From positions 23,786,568 through 23,850,567 of the forward strand of contig JARFYF010000050.1 of assembly GCA_030265395.1 (NCBI GenBank): DNA of 64,000 bases. The letters are read 5' to 3'. Shown piece by piece: positions 61,758 through 64,000 of this stretch. The notes beneath the pieces were generated by a model. The model ran no database searches and was not told the origin of the DNA. It was given only the letters and a program-made list of their open reading frames with translations. This DNA is from Rhina ancylostomus. Lineage: Eukaryota. The position numbers and the translations under genes were made by a program. Positions within the stretch are counted from its first letter, which is position 1; the number at the start of each line of letters is the position of its first letter.

Positions 61758-63000
61758 GTACAGATGCAGTCTGAGGCCAACGTAATTAATGAATTGTCTT
61801 AATTATGTTATTGTTGGACAGTGCATTCATATTCTTGATTATTAAATCCTATATTTACAAATCTTATAGCAGTGAGAATTTTTTGCTTTGCTAATTAATG
61901 TTGATTTTCACTAACTGCAGAAAAGAAAAAAAAAGTGGCATATTAAGACACTGTGATGTCACTGAGCAACAATGGCAAGGCTCAGGTACACCCTGCTTGC
62001 CTGTGGCCAATTCACAGTTTTAACTGTTACTGTAAAAAGGATGAGCTGGAGAGAAGTACCTTCATACAGCAGAAGACTAAAAATGTTCACGGAAAAGGAC
62101 TTCAGCCAGTCTTGTAGAATTTCTGGTAACTGACTCAGATCTGGGATGGGAGTGGGTTAGTTGATCGCTTGGGCACAGTTGATAGACACAGTAGTGAGGA
62201 GAGAATAAAATGGGTAATGAAGGAAAAAGAAGAATTTGAGGAGTGATGCCTATGGCCCTGTTGACCACTTTGTGCTGGTGGAGGTTCGTGACTTGGTACT
62301 GCTGAAGAAGACTTGAAAAGTTACTGTAATGCATCTTGTGTGCAGTGCCCATTGTAGCTATAGTGTGGGGAGATGGGGAAGTGGATAAGACATTTATGCT
62401 GGTTTACAAAGTTTGGATCCAGCCAGTTGCACATTCCTGACTTTACCTTAAATTGATTTCAATTTTGCTATAGTTCCTTGGTCCCATCATAATTCAAATG
62501 CCACCTTAATGAAGAGGAATCTGACTGATACATTATTATTCTGTACTTGCATTCACATTTACAGCAAGGCAGTGATGAAATCTGGAATTGGTGCTTAGTT
62601 TAGGTTCCACCATTGATGAACATAGCTCATTTGATAGATCTTGTTGACCTTCCTTCACTTGATAAATGACAAAAAAAAGAGTAAACATGGATTAAAAGAA
62701 ATATTATCTATGTACTTCCTGTTGGCTTTTGAGTTACTGCATTTGTCACACATGATAAGTCACCTAAAGCTGGGTTAATGAAGCAGGTTTTAAGAAGGGT
62801 TTATGTTCAAGTATTGCAGGAATAGCTTAGTTTTCTAACAGCATTGCTTTAATAACTAACAGATTAGTGGTGTTTCACAGATGTTGGATAGAGAGAGGGG
62901 TGTCTTCAAAAGGCACCATTGCAAAATGCAAGAAGAGGTAGAATTGGTAGAGAGCTTTTAAGATTGGAAGAGTGTTAGTAACATGGATAAATTAATGATG

Positions 63001-63115
63001 ACTCAGTCCAGATTAGCAGTGCAGATGAAGGGTCTCAACCCCAAACCTCGACAGTTCATTTCCCTCCACAGATGCTGCCCTACCTGCTGAGTTCCTCCAG
63101 CATCTTGTTTGTTGC
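63001..63115 (+). mobile_element. Short Penelope-derived insertion with degenerate hammerhead motif
   Basis: gcagtgcagatgaagggtctc..catttccctccacagatgctgcc..gctgagttcctccagc, same subfamily as 517-628. Possible 7-bp TSD taatgat. Confidence 0.75.
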
Positions 63116-63684
63116 TAATGATTTATTGTTATCTTAGCTACAGGGAAGAATAATTGCATATCGTTTTGTTATTATTCTGTTATACAGCGATATGTTTAAA
63201 CCATTTGCCGTGATCGGAAGATACAATTTTGTTGGACTCTTTTCAAGACTGATCTTTGAAATTCCAGGGCTCAAATCACCAGACCTTGTACTCACATGGC
63301 AAGCCTGATTGTCATGGTTACTAAAGTGTTTACATTGATCCCTCTACCTTATCTAACAAGAATGAATTAAATATGGGCAGTGACATCAACTTGTGAGTTT
63401 GAAATAAGACTGCCCATTGGTTCTAAACACACAACATAGATTGATTAACATCAACTGAACTGAATTTTGGAGGCAGAATAAAGTGCTGCTGTTACTATAA
63501 AGTGTAGTTAGCATCACAGATTGGCAATCTATTTTTAGGCAGATGTGTTCTTTGGCTGTGGAAAGCATAGTTAGCCCTTGCCTCATGGGAACTTGTCATA
63601 GATCCTCCTGTTTTAAAAGCTGTGCATTATAAAAAGCTATGCTGCTTTCACATAAATTCAAAAGTAATGATCACTGCATAAAGG

Positions 63685-63757
63685 AGATACACTGACTGTC
63701 CATTTCCCTCCATAGAAGCTGCCTGACCCACTGAGTTCCTTCAGCTCCTTTGTGTAT
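63685..63757 (+). mobile_element. Very short Penelope terminal insertion
   Basis: gactgtccatttccctccatagaagctgcctgacccactgagttcc, flanked by atcactgcataaagg (63670-63684) and atcactgcatttaagg (63758-63773). Confidence 0.75.
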
Positions 63758-63840
63758 ATCACTGCATTTAAGGTACTTTCTTTAAACCAACCAGCACTGT
63801 CAGTAATCTTCTGAGCAGAGTTTCTTTATTAATTTTCCAG

Positions 63841-63988
63841 GTAATTTTAACAGAAGTTTACACAAATGGGTTTGAACGCTCCTTCTCGGACGAGGAAGAT
63901 TTGAACACAATTGGCGAAGGGGACAGTGTATATGCATTTCAGGCTCCATTCATCCGAGGCAACTTTAGTGGCCCTACTCAACATTCAG
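63841..63988 (+). CDS. USP43: USP43-like internal coding exon C (148 bp)
   Basis: Acceptor ttttccAG at 63839-63840, phase 0. Reads VILTEVYTNGFERSFSDEEDLNTIGEGDSVYAFQAPFIRGNFSGPTQHS plus G. Probable donor CAG|GTGTGT at 63989. Matches the USP43/USP31 insert (RSF.DEEDLNTI.EGD.VYAFQ). Confidence 0.9.
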
Positions 63989-64000
63989 GTGTGTGACCAA

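Larger units (their letters stand above)
61758..63840 (+). other. USP43: 2,083-bp GT-AG intron between exons B and C
   Basis: GT at 61758, AG at 63839-63840, phase 0 on both sides. Confidence 0.88.

Overview
Eukaryotic genomic DNA, about 40% GC by eye and CpG-depleted, with many N gaps. The repeat families (V-SINE/HE1-like, Deu-domain SINE, CR1, Penelope) point to a cartilaginous fish, probably a ray or other batoid. No prokaryotic features or CRISPR arrays are present, and most listed ORFs are spurious or transposon remnants. The window lies inside one + strand gene, a USP43-like ubiquitin-specific protease. Three phase-compatible coding exons are visible (~5799-5891, 61622-61757, 63841-63988), the first two separated by a 55.7-kb intron. 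That intron holds nested retroelements (CR1 with an esterase ORF1, L2, Rex/Babar, RTE, Penelope-like, several SINEs), a Tc1/mariner MITE, a decayed two-gene Harbinger element and a probable solo LTR. The most interesting signals: (1) a family of Penelope-derived short insertions carrying minimal hammerhead-ribozyme motifs, including a head-to-head hairpin; (2) a candidate recursive splice site plus a CpG-retaining promoter/first-exon-like island in mid-intron; (3) homeobox-site-rich CNE-like blocks. Repeat boundaries are approximate, and family names come from motif recognition rather than a database search.
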